A program made the position numbers and the translations under genes. This document shows positions 1 to 11,800 of a stretch of DNA of 64,000 bases, one piece after another; position 1 is the first letter of the stretch; each line of letters starts with the position of its first letter. Origin of the DNA: Isurus oxyrinchus (taxonomy: Eukaryota); NCBI GenBank assembly GCA_026770705.1, contig JANJGN010000004.1, forward strand, positions 190,712,001 through 190,776,000, read 5' to 3'. The notes below the pieces were generated by a model. It was given only the letters and a program-made list of their open reading frames with translations, searched no databases and was not told the DNA's origin.

Positions 1-919
1 AAGCACAGGTGCTGCATGTATGGCATCCCATCAATGAAAGACTTTCATGTGCTTTCCATAATTGATATTCATAATAGAGCAAAGGGCATCCAGTCAGGAA
101 TCATGAGCAACTTATTGTCAATGAGTATCCCAGATCTGAGATTGGAGCTAGGTCAGGTCACGCATGTCATTCAAATCTTCTACTTCTGTGGGAATCAGAT
201 GTAATGTCACAGGATGGCACCTCGATCACCTTGATGAGTATGTGAGTGCCTCAGATAGAAGGCTGCATCACCAACAAAGATAGTAGGGCAGAAACTACTA
301 CAGACCATTACAATCATTTTTTATTCAAGATTGTAAGCTTCACTGTTTTAAAACATTATGCATTAATCTATTCAATCTATCATTTCAGAGAGAAGAACAA
401 AACAGTTCTGGATCCAGGGCTCAACGCTGCTCTTTTGGAGGGTTCTTATACGTTGGAGGAGGAGAAGGGACAGGCAATGCTGAGTGCAGCTTCAGGAGGA
501 GGCCCTGTCTGAGGTCCAGATTGCAGGGGAGCCACAGCAAGAACATGAGGATCAGGAGGATAGGCCCAGACCAAGGAAGTGACTCAATAAACCAAGAAGA
601 CTATCATATTTGCAAATAGGTGAAAGACAATGGTGTGCATGTCTGCGCTTGTCACGAGCTCTGGTGGATCGCATCAGCCACATTCTTCAGGAGGACTTAA
701 TGTCCTGTGGAGTTGGAGGCTATCCCCTGCCAGTAGATCATTCCAGGGATCCACAGGGGACCTGCAGCATCTCGCAGTCTATGCCACACACAGATGCATC
801 AAGGTGGTCACAGGTGCCCTCTACAGCAAGGCACATCACTATGTGAGGTTTACGTTTGATGAAGATAATGACCGAGAGATTCAATCAATCAGTTTGCAGC
901 TATCTCAGGCTTCCCAAGA

Positions 920-1522
920 GTGCAGGGTGCAATCAACTGTACCCATGTGGCTTTAAGGGCTCCATGGCAGCAGCCGTTAATGTTTATCAACCATAAAGGC
1001 TTTCGTTCCATTAATGTGCAACTGGTTTGCAATTACCGGAAGTACATAATGCATGTCTGTACCAGGTACCCTGGGAGTTGCCATGACTCATACATCCTCA
1101 ATCACTCCCAGGTGCCTCAGACATTCAAAGGATCTGAGCATCTACATGGATGGCTGCTCGAGGATAAGGGGTACCCACTGAAATGCTGGTTCATGACTCC
1201 AGTATATCAACCTCAGAGTGCTTCAGAGGAGAGGTACAATGTAGCTCACAGCTCCACACAGTCCTTAATTGAGCAGACCATTTGGCATTCTGAAGATACA
1301 CTTCTGATGTTTGGGCCGCTCAGGTGGGGCACTACAGCATGCTCCAGACAGGGTTCATCAATGTGTTGCACCCTTTACAGCCTGGTGCTGCAAAGGGATG
1401 ATCCCTTGCCTGAGGGAGAACTGGAGGAGGCTGAGAGCTCCTCGGAGGATGAAGAGCAGGAGGGCCAGGAGCCTGAACAGGGTGATGAGGGTCAGCTTCC
1501 ATGGGATGACATCATCGAGTAA
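920..1522 (+). pseudogene. Harbinger (HARBI1-like) DDE transposase remnant
   Basis: Harbinger motifs present. First catalytic Asp changed to Asn; frameshifts on both sides. Confidence 0.88.
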
Positions 1523-4215
1523 GCCCAACATGGAAGATATGCCCGTGCCACTTAAATTGCTGCCAGATTCCAGGAGGAGTAAAGTGAAGGCAATGGGAGA
1601 TGTCCGCATTTCTCCTGCCCCTTAATACAATTCCACTGCATTGAAAGGCATGTCCAGTCTGTATAGCAAATATAGCATTCAGACTTGCACTTTTCAGCCT
1701 CATGATTGGCCAGACCATGATCTTTCAGGAGGTCAGCGGGGCACCCCATAACGTGCTCACTCTGCTAAGTGAGAGTTGACTCAACAGCGAGATTGCTGAG
1801 GTAGCTTTCTTGATGCAGTTCATCATGACATTAATGAGGAACTATAGCGGCCAGTGAGACATGGTTGGGGATATCATCCTCCCATCCAGGTCTGGTCCTT
1901 TGGCACTACCACTGAGGAGGCAACTGCTGCTAAACCCTCAAGGCTGCTCAGCTGCCCTCACACAATGATGTGTTGCGAGGAAAAAGGGTTACAAATGCAT
2001 TGAGCACACACTTCTCTATGACATCACACAAGGGTGCAGAAACTATCTTCAGTGAGATTGACATCACATGATTGTGAACCTGTTGGATTCTGCACCCTGG
2101 TTTGTTGGGACTTAAGGATCTGGATTACATCCTTGTTTCGCAGTGGACAAGTTGGTACCAGAGACAGAAGATCAGCAGATTGTTCTTAGAAGAATCACAT
2201 TCTGTTTATTTACGTGAGGAACTCAGCAGCTACACTTGTGTGTTTACAACTCAAAACTGCCTTTACAGACTCAGACTCTACAGATGTAGTCTGCACTACT
2301 CTGCTTTTGGATACCAAGATCATGTGATCTCCCATTACAACATTTGTCTTAAAGGTATATTACACATCAGATTACTACAGAATCTCACAGATAGACACTA
2401 TGACTGAGTGGGTTGATGGCTAAACCTCGAAATAAGAGGATTCCTATGTACATAACCGCAACACCTTCAGTTGCCCAAGCCATTCACAAAAACATTAAAT
2501 GTATGAGCAAAAGTGCAATATTTTTACAGTGGTTGCACACCCATGACCTAAAAATGATTTCAATATCTCTTAATTTTCCTAACTCTATCACTATACCTGG
2601 GTGCAGCCCTGACATCCGCAGCAGAGGTGGAGGCAGCCTGATGATTGTGACATCCTGATGTCTATGATGCCCTTGGTGGATGTCCTGCGGTGGACTGAGA
2701 TCTGGAGGGTCCCGACCTGATAAGGATCTTCTGCTCCGAGGAAGATGCACCCTTAGCTGCTTGAGCAGCTAGAGTGGATGGGGTCACAGGCAGAGGGGAT
2801 TCAGAGTGGCTGAACACCATTGGAGTATCCAGGGTGCCCAGCTGATGCCCATCCTCCCTGTGGGTGCCCAAGGGCCCCACGCTGACTGCTTGAGGAGAAA
2901 GGGCACCTGGTGGGAGGTCAAAGTGCCTCCCCCCCTCTCACCTGGACATTGATGGTGCCACCAGTGTGTGGGGCCATGGAGTCCAGGGTCTAGTGCAAAT
3001 CCAGCAAGACCTGCTGAACCAAGGTCTTCATGGTGGTTGCCAACCTTCCCATGGTGACCTCAAGGCATGTCGGAGCCACGGCATCAGAAAGAATGGGGAC
3101 AGGTTCCTCCATCTTTCGCTTGAGTCTGCTGAGTGACCATCGCATCTCTGCCTAATGTCCCACTGCCTGTTGTTGCATCTTCAGCATTGTGTTGGTGGCC
3201 ATCCACAGAGGCCAAGTCATCTGATTTGGACTGAGTGGATGGCTGGTCTCCAGCAGACCTGCCGAGTGCCGGAGATCTGGGCTGTCCCTGCCTCCAACTG
3301 CTGTGGGGACGTGTCAGTGAGGTGTTCTCCTCTAGGTGAGCCCGAGCCGAATGTAGAGCTATGCCCCACTGAGGTGTGTGTCTCTGCGCGGGTAGAGGGT
3401 GCGGGTGTGCACAGTGACTGTCACTCATTTTGAATGCCAGGATGTGATGAATTCAAGGAGGTGTCAACCTTAATAGGTTGCTGGGAGTGGTCGATCTCCC
3501 CTTCCCCACAGGAGCAATCCCTGTCTTCCCAGTCATCTTGGCAGCATCCTCCTCGAACTGGGCGAGGGAAACAATATCAGCTGTTGTCCCCCCCACCCAC
3601 GCACCCCCCCCCCCCCCCCACCCCCCCACCAACCCCACCGTCTGGGATCTTTCCTGTCTGTTGTGGGCCAGCTTGCCCTGGATGAAGACAAAAGAAAGAA
3701 GGGGTGGAGCTGAGGTTGAGGAAACATGCTTGGCCCCCTGTGTGTAGTGAGCCCTCCCCAGAAGGGGGCTGAGGATGGAACATGAGCTGCATGGCAGGCG
3801 AAATGGTGGTGATGTGAAAGTTTCCATGAACAGATCAGCGTTGATATGTGTCCCCCGTTAATGGTTGTGTGTAATCCCTGAAGAGAGTAGCCAATGAGTG
3901 CATGATGCCAGGGTGAGAGTTTAATATTGGAGGGAGTTGAAGGATGACTTACCCTGGCGGAGCGAATGAGATCATTCATTCTCTTTCTGCACTGGATGGC
4001 GCTGCGGGTGTAATCACCAGCCACCGCTGACCTCCTCTGCTAAGGCTTCCCAGGCCAGACGGGGTGGAGCTGGTGTGCTTTCTGGAGCAGACCCTTGGGT
4101 ACACTTTTGCTGCCACGCTCTTCGAATCAAGGCCTTCTGGACGTCGGGGTAGAAGTGGGGATGCAGCTGCCTCCTTGTGGCTTGCTGCCTTCTTCCTCTG
4201 GTTTCCAGACATCTT

Positions 4216-4218
<3 letters not shown>

Positions 4219-4250
<32 letters not shown>
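4219..4250. repeat. (TG)n microsatellite
   Basis: About 16 TG units just upstream of the Myb gene ATG on the - strand. Confidence 0.95.
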
Positions 4251-4251
<1 letters not shown>

Positions 4252-4955
4252 ATGGAGCTGTGCTGGAGAGAGTGCAGGCAAAGAACTGGCATGGCAGAGT
4301 GCCCGCTAGCATTGCCCTCCTGCCTGGCATGCCCAGCAGGTGTTGAGGCCACCACTCCCGCCAAGCAGATGATCTTCCACTTTCTCGTTGACAAATCCCC
4401 GAGGCTCCTCCCCAACTCCTGGCGACCATCACAGAGCGGCCCGGGCTCTTTGAAATGGCCCCTCTGGGTCGCCATTGCCCCTGGTGCCCACCATACCCCC
4501 GCCCCCGTCAGCAGTGCTGAGCCAATGTCTGGGCGCATTTCACGCTGGTCGGCACTTAACAGGGGCAGGCAGCACGAGATCGCGTCCGAGCTGCGGGCAT
4601 GGGTAACACGTTCGTTTCCAGGCCTGCTGACTCTACGCTCATGACGGGCGTAAAATCCAGGCCAAAGGTGGGGCGGCTGCCTGTGTGTGCGGCTTGTGCA
4701 CCAACCGCAAAATCGCACAGGCAGATGGAAAACTTCAATAAATTGCCTTTTTAATGGGCTTAATTATCCATTTAATTGTCAGGGGGAGTGTGTCTGACAC
4801 CCACACGTGCCCGCTGATCATAATATGGCACAACAGCGTCGGGACACACACCCAACATTACCCGGCGTGATTTCACGAGGTTGGGTTGGCTTGGACGCTT
4901 GATCCTGCAACGTAAAGTCCTGGCCATGGAACTGAGCAGACAGTATGCATTCTAC

Positions 4956-6830
4956 GGGCGGAATTTTCCCAGAATTGCACCAAGCGCAGTAGCGGGTGGG
5001 TGAAATGGAGCCCTATTCGCCGATGAAAATGGCGAGTTTTCACGCCGTAGCTCCCCGAACCCGCCTCATTATGTATTCACTCCCGGAAACATGACGTTTC
5101 AATGGCTGGCGGGCTCTCGTTCGCCCGCTCGCCATCACCCCGCTTGCTGCATCAAGCCGGCCGCCATCTTTAAAAGGCAAGCCGCCGGCAAAGCGCTCGC
5201 CACCACCAGCTCACCACCGCTGCCCGGGAGACATGGCCAGCGAAGGCAAGAAGACTGCAGCGCGCCCCCCCCCCCCCCCTCCGCTTCACGGACGGGTCCT
5301 TTGAGCGACAGCTGGATGCTGTGGAGGCCCGCCGGGATGTGGTGTAACCCCACTCGGGCCGCAGGATAGGCAGCAAAGTCACCAGCCCGGCTAGGGAGGC
5401 GGTGGTTGGTGCAAAAGCCCTGCAGAGGAGGGCAGCCACCCGGTGCCGCTAAAGGGTGAATGATCTCCTCCGTTCCGCCAGGGTAAGTCACTCTTCTCAT
5501 CACTCAACTCTCACACTCACAAACCCATCACACACCCACAGGGCCCTCACTCACTGTCAATGCCAGGGACGTCGCCATTCACTCTCTCACACTCACCGTC
5601 ATTGTCTTCATCCCGGCCATGGGACCACTCACCATCCACACAGGCCAGGTATACTTACCATCTGGCCCAGCCGGAGTCCTGATACACTCTCCCCATCTCT
5701 ATCCATGCAGGACAAACTGGCTCACAGCTGGAGGGAAAGGTCGCAGACACGTGGAGAGAGGCCGGAATTCAAAGTGCTGACTGAATTCAAAAACAGAGCC
5801 ATCCAATTGGCTGATGACTGAGACCGGTCCTGTGCTGACGGTGAGGTCAATGCTGCTCTACCAAGTGAGGATCCAGTAGTGCTTCATCCATCAGACAACC
5901 ATGCTGTGAGTGATGTGTCCTCTTTCACAGGCCACTTCCGCAGGCACATCTGGGAAACAACTGACAGAATCCATAACCCAGGGCCTCCAATCAGGCCCGA
6001 AGAAACCTCTGGAGAGTAATCTGAAGGCACCCCTTGTGAAGTCCCATCACAGTGCTCACCCACACCCTCCACCAGCACAGAGACACACAGCTCAGTGGGA
6101 CCTAGCTTTAGGGTAGCCTCAGGTTCACAATCTGGTGAGCGCATCGCACTTTCTGATCACTGCAGGCAGAGGCAGGGACTACCCAGGTCCCCGGCACTCG
6201 GAGGATTGCTGGAGATCAGAACGTTGCTAAGTCCAAGTCAGATGATGAGCCTCTGGACTCAGTCATGTCACAGTTTCTGGAGCTGCAAAGGCAAGCTCGG
6301 GAACATGAGGAAAGAGTGTCATCTGCAGTCCCCAGACTGCAAGGCACGATGGAGGAGTCCGTCCGTCTTCAGGCTGAGGTGATAGCGCCGGCATTGCAAT
6401 GCACTGAGGTCAACACTGGCAGGATGGCGGCTGCTATGGAGACCTTGGTCCAGGACGTCACTCCTGCACTGCTGCATGGGCTAAACTTCACTGTTGATTC
6501 TATAGTTGGCTTCCAACAGTCTATATGCGAGAGGGGTGTGGGGCAGCTTGATCTCGCTCCAGCTACCCTTTCCATTCACAGAGTCAGCTAGGGGCCCTCG
6601 GGCACCTATAGGGAGGAGGATCAGCAGGTGCACGCTGCGGGACCATCCACCCAGGTGACTCTGGGAGCTACCGACCCCCCTCTTCCTGTGACCTCCACAG
6701 ATCCAGCTTCACAGGCCGAGCAGGACCCCGAAAGCAGGCCGGGGCCCTCCAAGTCTCGACCTTCCGGAGGACACCCGCCAAAGTCATCACAGACAGGGTG
6801 TCACAGTCAGCTTCCACCTCCACTGTGCAT
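4956..6830 (+). mobile_element. Harbinger left end with degenerate spliced Myb/SANT gene (ATG 5233, donor 5483, acceptor 5710)
   Basis: TIR-like GGGCGGAATTTT at 4956. MASEGKKTAA...VNDLLRSAR|gtaag...cag|DKLAHSWRERSQT, with internal stops. Confidence 0.8.
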
Positions 6831-6919
6831 GTTCGACGAGCACCAGACCTGCTGAGTTTTTCCAGCTGTTTTTGTTTTTGCTTCAGATTTCCAGCCTCCG
6901 CAGTATTTTGCTTTTAACC

Positions 6920-9900
6920 AAGATGTAGTGCCAGGGTTAGGACAGTTAACTCTTTCGGAGTCAACCGATTAAACTAACTGAACAAAATCAGGGACAAAAT
7001 AAACACAGCCCCTAAGTTAGGGTAACTGTAAAACAAAAGGCAAGTTTTAAAGGAAACTTACAAATATCAAACCAAAATGTGATTAAGGGGGCCGATAGTG
7101 CACCCCAGCACCCGTGGTGCCCACTGGGCATGGAAGGCCTCGATGATGCCAGCAGACACCGCGTGATCCCTCTCCAGGGACAACCGGCCATGAACATAGC
7201 CGCAGAAGAGGGGCAGACAGTCAGGTTGGACGACACCCTTGATCGCCCGCTGCCTGGACCTGTTAATGACTAACTTGGCCAAGCCCAGGAACAGGTTCAC
7301 GAGGTGGTCCTCCTCCTTCCCGGACCCCCCTCCGCACTGGGTGCCCGTAGATCAGGAGCGTGGGGCTGGAAGTGTAAACAAACCATCAATAACAGGTTTT
7401 TTAAATAACTGAAGAGGAAATGCAGCCTACAACATGGTAAACATGGTCCACACGGACTCCACAAGACTGCAGAAGAAGCGGGTATCTTGGGAGTCGGTGA
7501 ACTGACAAAACCTATGGTTGTATGGGACCACTGCATGCAACACCCTCCACCCCAGGTCCCCAATGGAAAGCAGGAGGACACCTCCGTAGAGGGCCCCCCC
7601 CAACGGGGACCTCTGCTGCCGGACGGCAACAAGGCAGCCAGGGCGTGTCCGGGCGGTGGGCGAGGGCCAGGAAGTGAAGGGTGTGTAGCAGCAGCTGTCC
7701 GTGCAGGAAATCCCTCCATGCCGTGCTAAATGACACGGAGTGCATTTCTCCGAGGCGGCTCATACTGTGGGGCACCGGCTCCCGATGGAGGCTTGGGGCC
7801 AGTGTGGAATTCCGTCCGAGCAGGGGGACGCTCAGACAGAAGACCATCGTGCACCTGCACCACCTCAAGGCCCAGAACAATGTTGGGGCCGAACACGACC
7901 TTCCTAAGGTCTTGAATGGCATTGGCCGGGAGCTGGATGTCCACGGACGCGCGATGCACCAACTCCTTCGGAAGCATCCTGCCCACTCCTCCGCCACCCG
8001 GCACGGTGTTGTCCTCCCGCTTTCCATCGCGGGCCTGGGCTGGAGGGTGTTGCACGCAGTGGTCCCATACAACCACAGAATGTGTCAGTTCACAGACTCC
8101 CAAGAGACCTGCCACTTTTGCAGTCTTGTGGAGTCCGTGGACCACGCATAGACATGGGTGTCGTAGGCTGCTCACCTCGGCAGCCACAGCCCTCCTCTCC
8201 ACCAGCCACAGAAACGGACGGAGGGGCGGACTCTCTGACGACAGCCACTACTCCTGAAAGGGGAGAGCTGCGTCGCGAGGCGACCGTGTTCCAGACATCC
8301 ACCAAGTCGAAGGGCCCGACCAGGTCCCGCAACTTACTCACACCTAGCGTGCGGTCCCGGGCCTCAAGGGTGCAGTTCAAATACCCCCCAAAGACAATGC
8401 ACTCGCCCACATCGATGGAGCCCAGATGAGTGGACACTTCCTCAAAGAAGGTCGCTTGCTGCTGTGCACCCAGGGGGAGTGTACACCTTCACAAAGTGAA
8501 GCACCGCGCCCTCTAGCTGCATAGTAAGGTACAGCAACCGGCCTGGCGCCGGCTCCTTGACCCCCAAGATCTCCAGCTGAAAATGTGGGGCCAACAAGAT
8601 AGTCACCCCGCCAGAATTGGAGGCTAGGTGGCTCATGTAGAAACCACCCACCCCCCCGCCTTTGCCACTCCAGGAGCCACATAGCTTTGTCTCCCGGAAC
8701 GATATGGGATTCCTGCAGGAAGCACACTACATACTTCCCGTCCCAGAGGACCGAGAAGTTCCGGAACCTGCGCTGTGTGTCCCTGCTGCCGTGGGTGTTG
8801 AGGCTGGTTATGTTGGTCTTCATTGTCAGGTACGTGCTACCTTCACCTGAATAAAAGGAGGGGATTTTTATTTATTAAAGCCTTCCTCTCCTTCAGGAGT
8901 CCAATGGGAAACGTGTGGACCCTCCGCCGGGCGTTCCTGTCCAGATCAGGGGCCTTGAGTCTCGCGAGTGGACCAGAACACTAGCGGAACAGAATACCAC
9001 TGGTCCATGGCCAACTACTCGGCGACCGCGATTGCTTGCTAAAAAATCCTCAAGTTCCTGCGGGGGGGATGAGGGGAGAGTCTGCGGGGGGCACCAGGGG
9101 ATCTGCCACCTCACCCGACAATGACTCTGAGTCGTCTCCGGTGCTCACCACCGAAACTCTGTCCTCCTCCAGGTCGTGGCCTCCAGCTTCCAACCCCTCC
9201 CCCGCATTGAGTACGGGGGCTGATCCGGAGCTGCTGGTCGGCTCCCCCTCCACCTCAATCCCACCCCCCAGGGTCAAGGCCAGAGGGGTCCTCTCTGGTC
9301 TCCGTATTGGGTTCTGGGTCACAGGGTGGCGGCACCTCAGAGCCTCACACCCCCGCAGGCACCAGGTCGTCCGGGGAGTCCAGAAAAAGCTCCAGACCCA
9401 GAACAGTGACGCCCGGCACTAAAGACTGGGAGGGAGCAGGGAGGCCATCTTCACCACCACCACCAGTTATTGGGTCTAACAATGGGGTGCTGCAGTCCCC
9501 TAGCGGGCCAGAGGATATCTCAGGGGCGGTATGAGGTGGGTCTGGGTGGGGTACCTCCACAAGGGAGGTAGCCTCAGGGACCCCGAGGGGCCCTGCTCAG
9601 GGGACTGCAGCAATGGAACGGGGGTAATAGGAGTGACAGGAAAGACAGGGGTTTGGAGCTCCCCCCAGAGGGCAGAGCGAGGACTTGCAGGGTGGAGACG
9701 CCACCACCTCATCACCAAGGGAGGACGACACATCCAACCTCTTCAGTTGGAATGTCCCCCTCCTCCTCCTCCTCCGAGGGGGTGACGTCTCTTCTGGAGT
9801 AGGCTGCAGATTGGGGAGGCCCTTTCCACCTCCGCTTTGTCCGTCCGTCCCGGACACTCCCCCCCCACCCCTCCCCCCCCACTGGGGTTTGGGCAGGTCC

Positions 9901-10900
9901 ACCCTATTTAAAAGGACCACTGGCTCGGGGTCGCACAACTCACCCCCGCTGGGCCCCGGGAACCCGCTCGGGGATGACGCCGGGGTCCAGCAGGTGGCGC
10001 CAAGGTGCACACGGGCCCCGGGAACCCGCTCGGGGACGACGCCGGGACCCAGCAGGTGGCGCCAAGGTGCACACGGGCCCCGGGAACCCGCACGGGGACG
10101 ACACCGAGTCCGGATGTTTGTACTTCCCCCGAGTCGGTATCTTCAGGGGTTTGGTGGTCCTGGGTGTTTTGGGGGGTTCTGGGGTGTCTCCCCCGGGTTG
10201 CGAGTCTTCCTCCACACCTTCTCACGGAGCAGGGGCTCTCCCTGCCCCCCCCACACCTCACCGGCAGCCGGGATGGCGGTGGCTGCCGGAGGCGCCTCCC
10301 CTTGGTGGGGAGGGAGATGGAGTGGTGGCGGGGGGAGGAGGGGGCGGTGTCAGCTGCGGCTGCTTGGATGGTGCTTGTGGCCTTGGCGGGGGGTGGGGAG
10401 GGGTGCAGTTCTTCCGCACATGCCCCACCTCCTTTACTGGCCATGGCACCGCACACCCTCGGTGGTCCAGAACGCTCTGTAGGCGGCCCCCTCCAGGCAC
10501 TCCTCCCGGGCCAGGTGGGTGAAAACCTGGCGCCGGAAGGAGTAGCCGTGTCGGAGGGACGCGTCCCTGATGCCCAGCGGGATCGGTGCTATCCCCGGAC
10601 CTGACCTCCCCCCCAGTTGTTGGAGGCGGGGGAGGAGGAGCTCACCGGGGACAAAGGGAAGGACGTTGGAAATGGTGAGCCTCTGGGCGGTGACCTCAAG
10701 GGGGTCCACGCCCAGGATGATGCCGCCCACAGTGAGCCCCTTTTCCAGGGCCAGGAGCACCTCCCGCTCGGACCTCAGAAAAAGGATGGCTTTGCCGCAC
10801 ATTTTAGAGGCTGAGCGGCAGATGAACCCAGTCATAGCCCTAACGCACACCTCGATGGTCATCTCAGGGTGAGGGTAGCTCTTCACCCCCAAGGCCTTGG
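6920..10900 (-). mobile_element. Tx1-like non-LTR retrotransposon, rearranged (ORF1 ~10892-8900; ORF2 APE from 8823; RT core missing; C-terminal zf-RVT region)
   Basis: GVKSYPHPEMTIEVCVRAM..LEKGLTVGG; frameshifted zinc knuckle (VRCHG..KEVGHVRKNC); ITSLNTHGSRD..FLQESH endonuclease start; WRVLHAVVPYN..CSLVESV; LFLGLAKLVINRSR. Confidence 0.82.
9951..10105. repeat. 62-bp tandem repeat (~2.5 copies) inside Tx1 ORF1
   Basis: GGGCCCCGGGAACCCGC recurs at 9951, 10013 and 10075. Confidence 0.9.
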
Positions 10901-10904
10901 TGAC

Positions 10905-11800
10905 GAGGACGGCTGGTTAACAGTGAGGTTGAGTGTCTTGGGCTATAGGAAGATATAGACGGGATGGTCAAATGGGCAGATAAGTGGCAGATGGAATTTA
11001 ACCCTGAAAAGTGAGAGGTGATACACTTTGGAAGGAGTAATTTGACAAGGAAGTATTCAATGAACGGCATGACACTAGGAAGTTCTGAGGAACAAAGGGA
11101 CCTTGGTGTGTGTGTCCATAGATCTCTGAAGGCGGAGGGGCATGTTAGTGGGGTGGTGCAAAAGGCATATAGGACACTTGCCTTTATCAATCGAGGCATA
11201 GATTACAAAAGTAGGGAGGTCATGTTGGAATTGTATAGAACCTTGGTGAGACCACAGCTGGAGTACTGTGTGCAGTTCTGGTCGCCACATTATAGGAAGG
11301 ATGTGATTGCATTGGAGGGGGTGCAGAGGAGATTCATCAGGATGTTGCCTGGGATGAAACATTTAAGTTATGAAGGGAGGTCGGATAGACTTGGGTTATT
11401 TTTGTTGGAGCAGAGAAGACTGAGAGGTGACCTGATCGAGGTGTACAAGGTATGAGGGGCATGGACAGGGTGGATAGGGAGCAGCTGTTCCCCTTAGTTG
11501 AAGGGTCAGTCACAAGGGGACATAAGTTCAAGGTGAGGGGCAGGAGGTTCAGAGGGAATGTGAGGAAAAACTTTTTTACCCAGAGGGTAGTGAGTGTCTG
11601 GAATGCACTGCCTGGGGGGCTGGTGGAGGTGGGTTGCACTTTCAAAAGTGCCTGGATGAGCACTTGACATGTCATAACATTCAAGGTTATGGGCCAAGTG
11701 CTGGTAAATAGGGTTAGGTAGGTAGGTCAGGTGTTTCTCATGTGTTGGTGCAGACTCGATGGGCCGAAGGGCCTCTTCTGCACTGTGTGATTCTGTGTGT
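10905..11800 (+). mobile_element. 5'-truncated CR1 LINE
   Basis: WQMEFNPEK..LYRTLVRPQLEYCVQFWSPHYRKD..RLRGDLIEVYK..FFTQRVV, then the typical 3' tail GGGCCGAAGGGCCT. Confidence 0.92.

Larger units (their letters stand above)
400..4925. mobile_element. Degenerate PIF/Harbinger transposon A: transposase on + (~560-1522), convergent spliced Myb/SANT gene on - (4212-~2600)
   Basis: GAINCTHV..FINHKGFRSINVQLVC..YPGSCHDSYIL..GWLLEDKGYP..LIEQTI with an acidic tail. Myb exon QCRKRMNDLIRSAR|GTAAG. TIR-like ends at 4652-4663 and 4913-4925. Confidence 0.85.
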
